A stretch of DNA of 64,000 nucleotides from Schizochytrium sp. TIO01 (Eukaryota > Protista > Bigyra: Labyrinthulomycetes), in contig SMSO01000007.1 of assembly GCA_004764695.1 (NCBI GenBank), forward strand, positions 62,001-126,000, given 5' to 3'. The position numbers were made by a program, and so were the translations under genes. Positions within the stretch are counted from its first letter, which is position 1, and every line of letters begins with the position of its first letter. Positions 1 to 13,187 of this stretch are shown one piece after another. The notes beneath the pieces were generated by a model, which worked only from the letters and a program-made list of their open reading frames with translations, was not told the origin of the DNA and ran no database searches.

Positions 1-1352
1 GAGATGATGCATGATACAACGAAGTGCATTTCGAAGAAGAGAAACGGTGTATAATACTTTCAAAGCTGTCGCGGAGCGTGCGAAAGAAACGGAGCCGAGA
101 GATGAGCAGCGGCTCGCGTCCTGCTCATCGAGTTCCTCAGAGCTGTCCCCATCTTCGGAGAGAAGGGGGGCGAAGAGGCAGGCGATGACAGCTACTAACT
201 AATCTACATGCTCGTTTTGTCATTCCATTCAATGGTCGAAATGGCCAATGAACGACTTTTTCACAGTAATAAATAAGCGTTGTTCGTGAGTTGAGATGAG
301 TTATTTAATTAATTAAATAATTAATTGTTCTTTCTTTCTTTCTTTCTTTCTTTGCATCATTTATTCGTTTTCTGCGATTGAAAGCAAACAAAGCAGAACA
401 AACAAACACTCTTTCTTTTCTTTTGCACTGGTGGGTAGTCGTTTCTATCTAAATAAAGTTTTAAAGTGAGGAGTTTAATAGTAAAATCTTGCTGTTAAGG
501 AGGCTAGGGTTTTATTATTTTAATTTTAGTTTTTTTCTTTCTCTTGCTTTTCGGCACAAACAAACACGAAATTCAAAATTTTTCCACGTTTGAACCAAGG
601 CCCAACTGCCCTGTTCGAGTCTGTAATTATTCGCACATGAGATTGGACATATTTTCCACATGTAACTTTACACACCTGACACCATGTAATCACGCGCCTC
701 GCAGTAAAGATCCCCCCCTGCTCGGTGACACCAGCTTGGAACATGGAGGACATTCGAGGCTCTGCTCCATACTACCGTACCTATTGTGAAAGGTCCCCCC
801 CAGCCGCGGCACGAGAGAACACCCGCGAGAACGGGGCTCGCGTTCCCGTTCTTTGGCGAGAGAACGCCCTCCGCTGCTCCTTTCTCTGAAAGGAAAAGGG
901 AAAAGCAGAGCAAAGCAGAGCAAAGCAGAGCAAGCAAAGCGAAGAAGAAGGGAACCTCCAAACCTTGAAACGTGCCGCTCTCTCTTCTTATCTCAGCCCC
1001 AAAGCGAGGAGTAGCTCGAGGACGCTGTCATTCCGCCAAAGCCTGCCAAGCAAGAGGCCTGCCTGAGGGCCTTTCCGTCGTATGGCATGCATTGGTGTTG
1101 TGGCAGAAGGCCATGAAACCGTTCGCAGATAGGAAACAAACAAACAAACAGACAAACAGACAAATCAACCATAAATCAATATTTATTTTATCAGCGTCGA
1201 TTTTGTTCTCATCCATTTCATTTTGCTGTAAATGGTTCTTTGCTGTCTTCACAAAAAGCAGTTTTTCATTACTTTTTAGCAATCATCATTTGTCAAAACA
1301 ATGGTTTTAATTGAAGTTATAATTACTTTGTCCAACTGTAAGTTTCTCTCGT

Positions 1353-1385
<33 letters not shown>

Positions 1386-3550
1386 GAGGAAAAAGAGAAA
1401 AAAGCGCCTTTCACTTTACCAAAGAATACTTACTAAATCGAGAATATCAGAGCTTGCTTTTAAATCTCCTTAAAGCATGGCATTCTTTCAAGTTCTTTTC
1501 TTAAAAAGAAAAGCAGGAGATCTTGAGAAGAATAAAGAAAGCAAGGCGAAATTCGCCAGCTGGCCAAGGAATCCTCCCTCCGTTTCTTGCCGTGCGTGGC
1601 CTCTCTCCTTCCTCGCTTGCCTGAAAGAGGCCCCGGCTCCTCCAGGATCTGCTTGCGGCGCCGCTTTGCACCAGCGCGGTCCTACGGCATGTGCGCCGCC
1701 ACAGGCTTGCCACGGCCTTTGGCACTCGAGGCGGACTCTCAAGCATAAACTAGACAAAAATAACAAAAATAGCTATTTTTTACTCATTCATTCATTCAAT
1801 TAATTAATTAATTAATTATTTAATTGATTATTCATTCATTCATTCATTTGATTGATGACTTAATTATTTATTTTTCTATTCATGCAAACATACATGCATA
1901 CGTAAATACATCCATGGTGCACAAAGTTTTCTACAAAAGCAAAGACGATGAATAAAACGTGGCGATGAATGAATGAGCGAATGAATGAACACAAATCCTC
2001 CAATAGATCGATCCTCAAAGAAGCATAAGCATAAGCATAAGAAGAAGAAGAAGAAGAAGAAGTAGGAGGGAAAAACCAAGTTCGATCAGTTTATTGCTTC
2101 GGAACATGGTTTAGTTTCGACTCTATGCAGTAAGTAGTAAGTAGTAGTAAGCGGCTTCCATGGTTTGCTACTTCGTTGTTAGAGTTGGTATAATAGAAGG
2201 CATGGCAGGCCTTCTGTTTCCGCTTTCTCTTCCTTTGGCTGTGCAGTGAGGCATCCTCGTTGTGCCCCGAAGCCATGGGTTTGGGTTTGGATGCTTGCAA
2301 TAGCAGCGTGAGAAGCTGGTCTCCATGAACCGCAGGAGAGCCAAACCAAACTAAGGAGACCCTCTCAATAAAAGACGAGCGACCAGTCGAACTGGAAATC
2401 GAAGAAGCGGCATCGATCGGGAAAAAGGAAAGAGTGAGAGAGAAGGTCTCTTAAGTTTGTAAAAAATGTTATAAGTAGAAACATGGTGTGGATTAGAAAA
2501 GTTGAGGCAGCCTAATAACCCCAAAGATTGTTGTTTGGGGTTGAGTTTCTGCCAAAGATTTTAATTAAAGTCAATACCTGTGCACGTAGAGCGTGGGCTA
2601 ATTGATTGATCGAGACACCACCTACCTATGCAGGTACTAGGTACTTTCTGGCCATCTTCAGAAGTTACTACAGATGACAGCTAGCCATAATTTTATTTAT
2701 TTATTTTATTATTTATTTTATTATTTTTTTTTTCCAGAAACCCACAGCGCTCACGATGATGTCAAAATGTTGAAAGGAGATGAAATGCAGAAATCTTGAA
2801 CAAAGCGATGCGTGCACTTCGAAACGAATAATTACTTTAGTGTATGAATGACTCGATTGATACCGTGGAATTCCTTCACTTCACATGCCTAGGTAGGTAG
2901 ATACTCCGCATTATCAATCAATTCTTTTGATGGCCGGCAACCTTCTTCTTCTTCTTGAAAGAGAGGTAGGTACGTACCTATAGATCTCTGCTCGTTTCTG
3001 AAATGATGCCTTTCTTTAAATATATTGCAACACGTACCTATGTGCGAGGTAGTGAGCAGTAGTCACCTATCTATCACAACTCGAACGTCTCATTTTCTCG
3101 ATTCTCATTTCGATTTTTATCAGCTTTGCTCTGCTTTGCTCTGCTCTCCTTCACTTCATAGCATGTTTCTTATCCTTCAGCAATTTATAAACGTTTGTTC
3201 GAGCTACTTTTTAAATTAAAAAGGAAAATGAAAAGTGAAAGAAAAAGAATATAAAACTGTCAAATTCAAATAACACTTTAAATATATAATAGGTTAAAAA
3301 TATAATGTTTGTTTTTCACGTGAAATCTCATCTTCGGGCTCCAGACTGAGAAGAGCGAAGCAAATTGAAGCCGGCCGGGAGAGAGACAAATGAAGAGCGA
3401 AAGAGGACAAAGACCGTCTCGTCTGCCAATCAATCCAATCGAAGATTGCTCTATACGTCACGAACGAGTAAGCAAGTCAAAGCAAAGCCCCTCAAACTTA
3501 GAGAGAAAGAAAGAGAGAGAGCGAGAGAGAGAGAGCAAGGAATTGCGGCA

Positions 3551-3620
3551 CAGAACAAGCAGAACAAATAGAACCCAAGAACTGGTAGAACCAAGAGAAC
3601 CAATAGAACCGGTAGAACCG
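3551..3620. repeat. Degenerate ~9-bp minisatellite with AGAAC core
   Basis: AGAAC recurs about every 9 bp, about 8 times. Confidence 0.8.
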
Positions 3621-6600
3621 CAGTATCCAAGCACCAGAGACATACTACTTAAAGTTGAAGTTGCCCGCTACTGCCTTGCAAGTGAGTGCCTGCCGTGACA
3701 GGCAACAATGCCTGTTGCTTGTCGAGCTGAGCAATCAATCGCATCCACCCCCCTCCCCCCCGTCTCCCCTGAGCCTTCACCAGGGTCTTACGAGCTAGAG
3801 GCTACCTTGGCTTGAAGAGACCTACTTCAATCTCTTGTCGAGATGGATGAACAAGTTCCACTTTAAGGGCCTTAAGTTTAGACCTCTTCTGTGAAACCCA
3901 GCAACGTCGAGGCAATGATCAATGATTAAGATAGGGTTCTGTCATCAGTTAAAAATGCAAGAAGAATCGCCTGCGATGATTAATCGCTGCTACATAGCTC
4001 TTTTTCTGGAGGAGGGCAAATTGAACAATCTGTGGTTATAAAGAGATGTTTTGGATCGAAGATCCTGGGAAGGAGAAGGAAACTTATATTGGTTAATGCA
4101 AGCTTTTTTACAAAGTCATCAAAATTGTAATTGACCAGGCAAGGCAAATTGCAGCATGTGACGTTGCATCGAGGCGATATCAAGGGGCACGATAGGAAGA
4201 GGTTGGGACATACGCCTGGATAATAGGAAGAGAATGAACTTGACAAGGATAATAGATGCAATATGAATTTTCGAAGGAAATAAGAAAACCAGAATCATTG
4301 CGATTTTGCTTCTCGAAGGGAAGAGCAACGCGATGGCTCTGGTGACATAGAGTTGTGGGCTTTTCGAATTCTTGGGTTTATAGTATTGTGAGTTAGACGT
4401 CAAGGGAGACCTTGAATGCGGATGTCGTATGTGAAAATGTGAAATATTTTTTACGTTCCTTGTAGATGTTGTGGTCCGGGAGTCAAGTTTTGCACGATTT
4501 GAACCCACCAAAGTATCAACCTGGTAATCTTGTTATTCGAGTTGTGGAGGAGAGAACGAATTGCTGGATAACGCTTAAAATCTGCATACAAATGGTATCC
4601 CCCCAAACACGATAAACACATCAGGTACTTTTTAAATAGAAGGCGAGCTTGTTAGTGAGGGTAACTTCTGTTTGCGCAGATAAAATTAATAGAGATTAGT
4701 TGTGGGCTGCATTTAGAAACGTGAAGAGGCTTCTACACCAAAAAGCCCTGGCTTTAACTTACAGGCAAAATACATTGTAGGCACTCGGTATTTCATATGA
4801 AATTGAGAAAAGGCGATTTACAGAAGTGGAAGACGTTTTCATCTAAAATTTCATCTAGAAGAGAAGGCGATTGCGATCATTGCGACTATTCGACTCTCTC
4901 GGGTCAAATTTGGGGAGTGAATCATCGTTAAAATTATATCAGAAGGGATAAACTTGCCTGAGCAATCGTGAATAACATCAAGGGATGATTTTATTCACTT
5001 CAGGTTCGTACAATGCTGAAAGTGGTGGGCGAAACTCAAAATAACCTGCAACGGGCCAGTCGTTGGATTTAGTGTATGCGGTGCCACCAAGAGAGAAACG
5101 TCATGCGGTCGTACTATTTTTGTTTGTCATCTATCTGGCTCAAGAAAATTAGTGTTACAGATTGCATTTATTGCCGTAGTTTAAAATATAAATTAGAAAC
5201 AACGTGAGTATGGAACTATCTAAGTATACAGATTTATGAGCATCATTCCTGCAAGCCGTTAGTAGATTCGAACTTGCCTGTCGATGAAGTAATCAGTGTT
5301 TTTAGAAAATATCTTTCTAATTTGTCACAAGTTATATCTTGTTCTAGGATCTATCAAATTTACTAGCAGTAGATAGTACCTATATATACCTATATATGTA
5401 TAGTTGTTAGTTCAGATAAAGGCGCTGGGTAGCTTTTGCACATGTGGCCCTTCGATTCGGAGAAATCAACTTGACATCAGCTTTTGTTGTATGCCTGCTC
5501 CTAACATTTCGTTCAAGTGAAACCCTTAAGTAATCATTGTATTATTGCAGAGAGAAAGGTCCAAGTTGCTTACGCACAACAAAGTAAGATGTAGCCTAAA
5601 TGCTAATTAAGCACATTTTGAGGTTGATTTATTTTCTCCTTTCCGTCAATGAAGTCCCTCCTGTTGAGGGATAAATGTTCGTTTTCGAGGACTACTAAAA
5701 CCAGTTTCTCAGTCTCGGGTGGCCTTTTGACAAGCATTCGTAGCGATTCAAGTTTGCATAATGTGGATTTGCTCAGTAGATCCAAATGCAGTAGGGTTAG
5801 TTTTGCACATGGAAAAAAAGCAATCAGGCACATCATGACATGAACGAATAAGCAAATAAATCAACAAACTAATAAAACATTTGATGAATCGAAGAGTCTC
5901 ATTGATTTGGAGCGAAAATCGTTTAGTAGAGAAAGATGCAGATGGAGATTTTCTAAATGAATAAATACCACCTTGGAAGCAGTTATTCTAGCACCTTCAG
6001 TGGTCTGTGTGCCAACCTACCTACCGTCAGGTAGTGGTGAGTGGGTCTAGCAGGTAGGTAGGTAGGTAGGTAGGTAGGTAGTGCCTACTACTTGAAAGTG
6101 CAGGCGAGGAGGAACTCTACGAAAACGGAATAGTAGATCCTTCTTCTCCACTAAGAAAAAGAAAAAAATCAAATAAGAAAGGAGTGAGTGAGAAGAAGCT
6201 TATCATCCACTCGCTCGACAGCGGAAAAGACAGAAAGAATCGACTAGGTGATAATAAAATACCTCAAAAGTCATTCTCATTCTGATGAGGTACGCTGCGC
6301 TATCATAATACTGAGTAAGATCGAGTATTTTTTGATTCAGGCGGCGCTACTAAGCACCTTCGACCTCTCTGCTAGGTAGCACTAGCTACGACACTGCTAG
6401 AGTTACGCGATGAACAATAGAGATCATGAATAAGATGGCAGAAAGAAAGAAAGAAAGAAAGAAAGAAAAGAGGGGAAAAAGAAGCGCAAAGCTCTCCAGA
6501 AAAAGAGAAAAGAAGAAGAAGGAGAGGCCAAGCAGTATGAGAGCATAGGAAACAGACAGGAAAGAGCACCGTGTGGGAGGGAGGAAGCACGTCTCTCCAG

Positions 6601-8143
6601 TCAGCGGCACTTTCGATCGATCGATTGATCAACGACACCGCGAAAGGGAGGAAAAGGCACTCCCAACATAGAAGAAAGACGACGACGAACTCGACTTAGC
6701 AAACGAATTATCATCAAAGTAGAAAAAGAAGAAGGAGGAGGACATACATACATCCCGCATAGGAGTTGGATACCGCCGCCTAGCTGCAAAGGTGTCTGAT
6801 GGAAAAAATAAATCAATTAAAAAGTAAATAAAGTAAGAAATCCTCTCCTCTTCTTCTTCTTCTTCTTCTTTTTCTTCTTTTTCTTCTTCTTCTTCTTCTC
6901 TCTTTCAACTGCTTTCAAGTTCCTTCCCGCCCTCCGTTTTTTCCCTCCGTCTTCCTGCTCACGCCCAGGCCACGGTGCGCTAGGCAGGGTGCGCTAGGCA
7001 GAGCACTAGGAGTGCGCCCGCGGTGGCGTCTTTTCATTTATTTTTTTCCATTTAAAGATAAATTAAAAATCAATTTTTAATGTTTGGTTTGGGTTTTAGT
7101 AGTAGTTATGCTGTTCCCCATGTTAATCTGTGTTTCAACTTCTAGTATGTATTATGGTATTTTCATCAAAAGAGATAGAAACGCAAGTAAATAAATCGTT
7201 CAAATTGAATAAATGCATTTTACAAAATAGTATAATAACAGTAATTATACAAAAAATTAGCAATGTTTTCAGATATACTGTTCGATCACTCAACAGATTG
7301 ATGAATTCAACGAATGAATGAAAAAATGAATGAAAAAATGAATGAAAAAATGAATAATGAGCAAATCAGGTGAATAAATAGAATAGCGTGCCATCGACGC
7401 CAGGGGCCGCCACTCAGGCAGTCCTAAGGCCGCCCTCGCCCTGGTTTCCTGGCTTTCCTGCCGGCCTCATGGCCTTTCTTCTTCTTCTTCTTCTTCTTCT
7501 TCTTCTTGAGCGCGAGAGAGCGTTCGAAGGTGGCTTTGCGGCCTCTGCTTACTCGCTTATTAGAGAGAGAAAGGAGCTGGAGGGAAAAAAAGAAAGGAAA
7601 GAAAGAGAAAAGCAGAGAAAAGCAGAGAAAAGCAGAGAAAGAGAGGGCCTGCTGCCATTCTTTTCCCGCTATTGGGCCTTCGATGATTGCTCGGTAAGCG
7701 CAGCTAGCAGGCGGCTAAGGACCTGGTAACTAGGGTACCAGTAGCACCTGCTTAGCTGGAGATTAGAAATCAGTCAGTCAGTCAGTGATAGTGATCGATA
7801 GGCACGCAAACAGCATTAAAGGGTGAGTGGAAAGAAAGACTGCTCCTGATGCGAATCCTCAGCCACAGAGACAGACGGAGAGAGAGAGAGAGGGAGAGAG
7901 GGAGAGACGGAGGTCGATAGGCTGCAGATGGAGAGCAGCCTCGAGTCAAGTCAAGTGAGGGGCCAGAAAGTAAGTCGTTTGGTCAGCGAGATCAATCAAT
8001 TAATCAGTCAATCAATCAACCACTACAAACTGAGTGAGGCTAATTTTACAATTTGGAGATAAAACTTCTTCGGACAAAGAAACAAATAAACAAAGAAACA
8101 GAGAAACAAAGAAACAAATGAGTGAGTGAGTAGACAGAGAAAA

Positions 8144-8187
<44 letters not shown>

Positions 8188-10127
8188 GGAAAAGACAACT
8201 CAGTTGGAAAAAATCGGACTTGCCTGAAACCACGATAATTACCTCCTTTCGACTCGGCTTTCGACTTTCTATCGATCGAGGCCTCACACACACATTCAAT
8301 GCATCACCGTCGTCACTTTTCAAGTAAAGAGCAGCAGCCTCCTTCCTCGCAGACTTTCACAGAAACAAAGCAAGAACCTCTCACGATCAATCTGAGTCGG
8401 AGAGACCCGTCAAGATATTATGGCGATGCAGACAGCTGAGCTAGCTGCCTTTAAGATAGGTAGATTAGATAGTAGATAGATAGATAGATAGATAGATTCA
8501 TAACTAGACAGTAATAAGGCGGTAAAGGAAGCGATTAAGGTGACTCAGCTCCTTCGTCAAGTGCTAGCAGATCTTATGATTTGCGATACGAGGCGCTCCT
8601 TCGCGAGGAGATTAAGGTGCTAGCTAGCTAACTAGCTAAGGAGCTACGCTGGTCAGTCACACTCGTACTAATTGCCTACCTATCCATCTACACGTATATA
8701 CATAAATAAATACCCATACTTACTACGATGGTCCATAACGCCATAGTATGAATTAAAAGAATGAATAAATGAATAAATGAATAATGAATAAAGACATCCA
8801 TCAGTATGCGCATAAGTAAACAGACACGGAGCGCAGCAACGTCGATCTCTCTTCGGCAGCGGAGGCAGGCAAAAGCGGCGCGAGGCCGAGACATCTGCAC
8901 CAAAGCCTGTGCGTGCGTGTCTGCTTTCTGCGCTGGCCACGGCCGGGAGGTCTTTTGCTGGCAAGTGGCCTGGCGCTCTGTGATCCAGAGAGAGAAATAA
9001 ATAAATAAATAAATAAATAAATATATCTGTCTATATACATACGCAATGAGAGAGGGATAAGAATACTATATCTGTCTGTCTGTCTGTCTGTCTGTCTATT
9101 ATGGTACCTCTGTATTTTAAGTAATTTATTTTCCCTCTCTCTGCTTTCTTCTTGAGATCGTCTTTTCGTCGTCATGATATGGATACCATAGTTCGTACCT
9201 ATAGTTTGATTAATAAAGAGAGAGGATAAGAAAAAGAAACGCAATGTAATAGCACCAACAGGGATCTTTTACTCTACTTCTTTCTTCAAAGGCTTTTAAG
9301 AAGTCATGAAGAGGAAGTTTTGAAGCTAACTTTCCAATGATGAAGCAGAGGTAGCAGCAGCTACTGCTGCCTGTAAGTACCTACTTAGTTGCTGCTTTGG
9401 TTTTCCAGAGGATGATGAATAAACGAATGAAGAAGGTTAGAAGAGGCAGGTTAGTTAATTAATTCTGTTAGTTCTTTCTCAGTTCTTGCTGGTCTGTCTG
9501 CCTTTGCATGTTCATTCATTCATTCATTCATTCACTCACTCACTCACTCACTCATTCATTCATTCATTCTTTTATTCTTTCTGCTGACGAGTGTTCGTGA
9601 ATGAGTGAGTAAATAACATCATCATGTCCAACAACTATGAAGAATGAGGCGTTTCCATCGTCGGCGGGGAATTTCAGGTTTAACAAGTTTGGGTGGAGGG
9701 AGTTAGGTCTAGTTCCTCTTGTTTCCTTTCCCTCTGTGCCTCTGCTTTCCGGCTTCTTTCCAGAGCCGCCTCTCTGTCATGGAGTGACGATTCATTCTCT
9801 CTTTTTTTTGGAGAGGTTATTTATTACAGGTATAACCAACTTGAATCGATTAAGTCAATACTCTCCTCGATGGGTGTATTTATAGAAAATAGTGAAAACG
9901 AATCAAATGAACTGGACCACTAATTAAGAGAAAGGAGAAACTAAATTGAAGATAGAGCACACAAGAATGCGTGCTACAATGTATACCTTCCCTTGTGCTG
10001 CTATCTCTGGGGGCCTTCTCATTTCATTCATTCATTCATTCATTCATTCATGAATATATAGGTATCTAAGTAGTCATCGATTAAGCCTCGAAGTGGAATT
10101 GAGAATGGCAAATGTCATTTCTCTGCG

Positions 10128-10165
<38 letters not shown>

Positions 10166-11785
10166 CATTCATTCATTCATTCATTCATTCATTCACACCC
10201 TTCCTTGTACTTATTTACTATTAGAGTGAGTAAATGTTTGTCTTGGTCACCGCTTTACAAAGGAAGGGAAAGAAACAGTGTGTGAGGTGGATAATCGTAG
10301 ATCTCAGGAAAAAAGAAAGAGATAAAATTTGGTAGCAGGTACTACCTGCTAAAAGAGCCACGCAAGAGAACTGAGCAACTTATTTATTTAAAATAAACAG
10401 TGTCAAAAGAGCTGCAAGAACTTGAACCAAATCAGCGACACGGCCAATTCTCAATCAAAACCATTTAGATAGTTAAACCCTTCTGCGAAAACCGTCAACA
10501 CCAACTTTGGTTCATAGACAGCATCAGCTCTTACTTCAACCATTGCTCGAATGATCGCCGAATGAGTCACGGAATGACTGAAGTGAATGAATCCCAACTG
10601 ATGACATGCCACATAAAAACCTCCAAAACTTTATGAAAACTAACCCCAACAAACTTTCCAAAAAAACAAAACAACTAAAAAACTTCAACTTGTAGTAAAG
10701 AAACTAAACCTTTTCAAAGAAGAAGAGGAAATAGAAGAGGGTTAGTTACCTCCTGCTAAACCCCGTAAACATGCAGAGAGAACATCAATAAAGAACGGAA
10801 CAAGCGATTCAAAGTTCATACGAACTAAACGAAGCTCAAACAGCGGCGAGACCACGGTACCGCTCAATCCCTGCTGTGCCATCGCCGCCTATCGGCTCGA
10901 GGCCGCCCAAAGCCGCCAGCGGCCGCCCAGGGCCTTGGCTGGGCCTTCCCAAGCTGCCTCTGCCGCGCTTCTTTGCAGCGGTGCGTGGTGTAGGAGTGCT
11001 TCCGTAAGGGAGTGAGGGAGTGAGGGAGTGAGTGAGTGAGCCCGCTCTGCTGCGCACGGGTGCGCCAACGGGCGGGAGGCATTTGGAGGGGCACGGAGGG
11101 AGTCTTTGAGGCTCCTCGATAGGCGGCGTCAGCGCGGGACTTCCTATAAAGAGGCACGAGACGTGCAGAATGCACCCTTGGGGCGCGGCCGTGGGAAAAA
11201 AACTTTCTCAGTGTTTGTTTTTCCAAGCGAGAAAGTGCGGAGGGAATAAAAGCAATGAATGAATGAATGAATGAATGAATGAATGAATGATTAAAGTTTC
11301 TTCTCTGCGTTTTCTAATGGATAGTTTGTTTAATTTATTTTTAAGTCTTTAAAAGGTTTTTGTTTGTTTTGGTGGGTTTATTGACGGTAAATTAACATGG
11401 AAAGAAACATAGAATGAAGTGCTTTTCCGTGCTTTCCTGGTTTTTGACTCTCTGGTTTTTCTTCTGTTTCCGCGTTAGCAGGAACGGATGTGAATGGGAG
11501 AGGAAAGAAGGAGCGTGAACTTAATGATGTTTGGTACGTTTGCTTATCTTGATGGAGTAAAAGGCCTCGTGTTTCAAAATAAAGGTGAACTACAATTTTG
11601 AATAAAAGGGGAAAAAGGGGTTTAGTTACTTTACTTTGGGTGTTGCAGCGATGTCCAAATTTCTAACACACAAACAAATAAATAAATAAATAAACAAACA
11701 AACAAATAAACAGACAGAGAGGCAGAAGGAAAGAAGGAGAGAACTGAGGAGAAAGAAGGAACTCACTCAAGATTATTTATGGACG

Positions 11786-11818
<33 letters not shown>

Positions 11819-13131
11819 ATTAACAACTAATTTCGATCATTCCTTCGAATTCCACTCATTCTCCTCTTCTTCGTGGCTCCTCAGAAACCGCGCGAATCGT
11901 TCGCGATGCGATGTAATTGATTGCGATGCGATAGCGCCGCTGAAGAAGAGGCCGTGAGACAGACAAAGACAAAGAGACAAAGAGAGAGAGATCGGTGGAG
12001 CGAAGAAAAGAAGAAGAAGAAGAAGAAGAAGAAGGCACGGACCACTTACGTACCTCTTTTGTTTTTTTGCAGCCGAGAGGAAAAGAAGAGACGGGACGGC
12101 AGAAGAGAGCAATGGCAAAAAACCAAAACACTCTTCGCCGCTTATTTGTTGATCGTCGTTGAATATGTATATGTATGGTTCATCCTTTCTCTCTTCTAAA
12201 AGCTTTGTTTTTAAAGTTAATATATTATTCTTATTGGCGTATACATATATCATGTATTTTTTAGAAGAAAAAATAAAAATAAAACATGGCAAACCAGAAA
12301 GTCAGGAAATGAAAGGCTTTCGTGAAGAAGCAGAAGAAAGGGCACAAGGGAAATAAATAAATGAGTGATCACATGAATAATAAAATGAAGAAACAGGAAC
12401 TACTTACGCGTTGAACGAATGAACTTGGACTCCTCCTTCCTCGCCTTTGCAGGGACCAATGCCATGACTGCCATGTTCGGCCAAATCAAACGTGCAGCGA
12501 ATCATCATCCATCGCGAATGATGGTGGTTTTTGGCCTCTTTTCGATGAGTTTTCCATCATCGATGTGCCTGAATAAATAAAAGTGAATAAACTTGAACGA
12601 ATCATTGAATCATTGAATGAATGAATGAATAAATGAAAAATTGAATGAATGAATAATTGAATAAATTAATGAAGGAAACAGAGGACCTCAATGGAGGAAA
12701 GCGCAAGAAAGGAAGCAGCTCGTCTCCAGCCACGGCAGGGCGGAGCGCAGGGCTGCCAGCCAATAGGCCTCGGCTCCCTTCAGCAGGAGCCTGCCCACCC
12801 TCCCTGCCCTCCGCCTCCCTGCCTCTCTGCCCTCCGTCTGCCACGCGGCGCGGGCCGAGGTTTGCGAATTGGTGGATTGATTGATTAATCAGTCGATTGA
12901 TCATTCGATTGACTCTCTCTCTCTCTTTCTCTCTAATTTATTCATTCACTCATTCATTCATTCACTGTTTCTTTCTCAATTAAAAAGCTATGAATTAGAA
13001 AGGTTGAAAGAAAGGAAGAAAACGTGGAAACATGAAATACATGAACATTTCAATCATAGCGATGCGTATCATAAAATCCATCGCAACTTGAAGGAAAAAA
13101 ACAATTAGGTACTATAAGGAGAGATGTGCCC

Positions 13132-13187
<56 letters not shown>

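Noticed and set aside
3900-5300. Complex, microsatellite-free stretch suspected to be a retroelement relic
   Set aside because: No RT, integrase or endonuclease motif could be read; it may be a relic but cannot be identified
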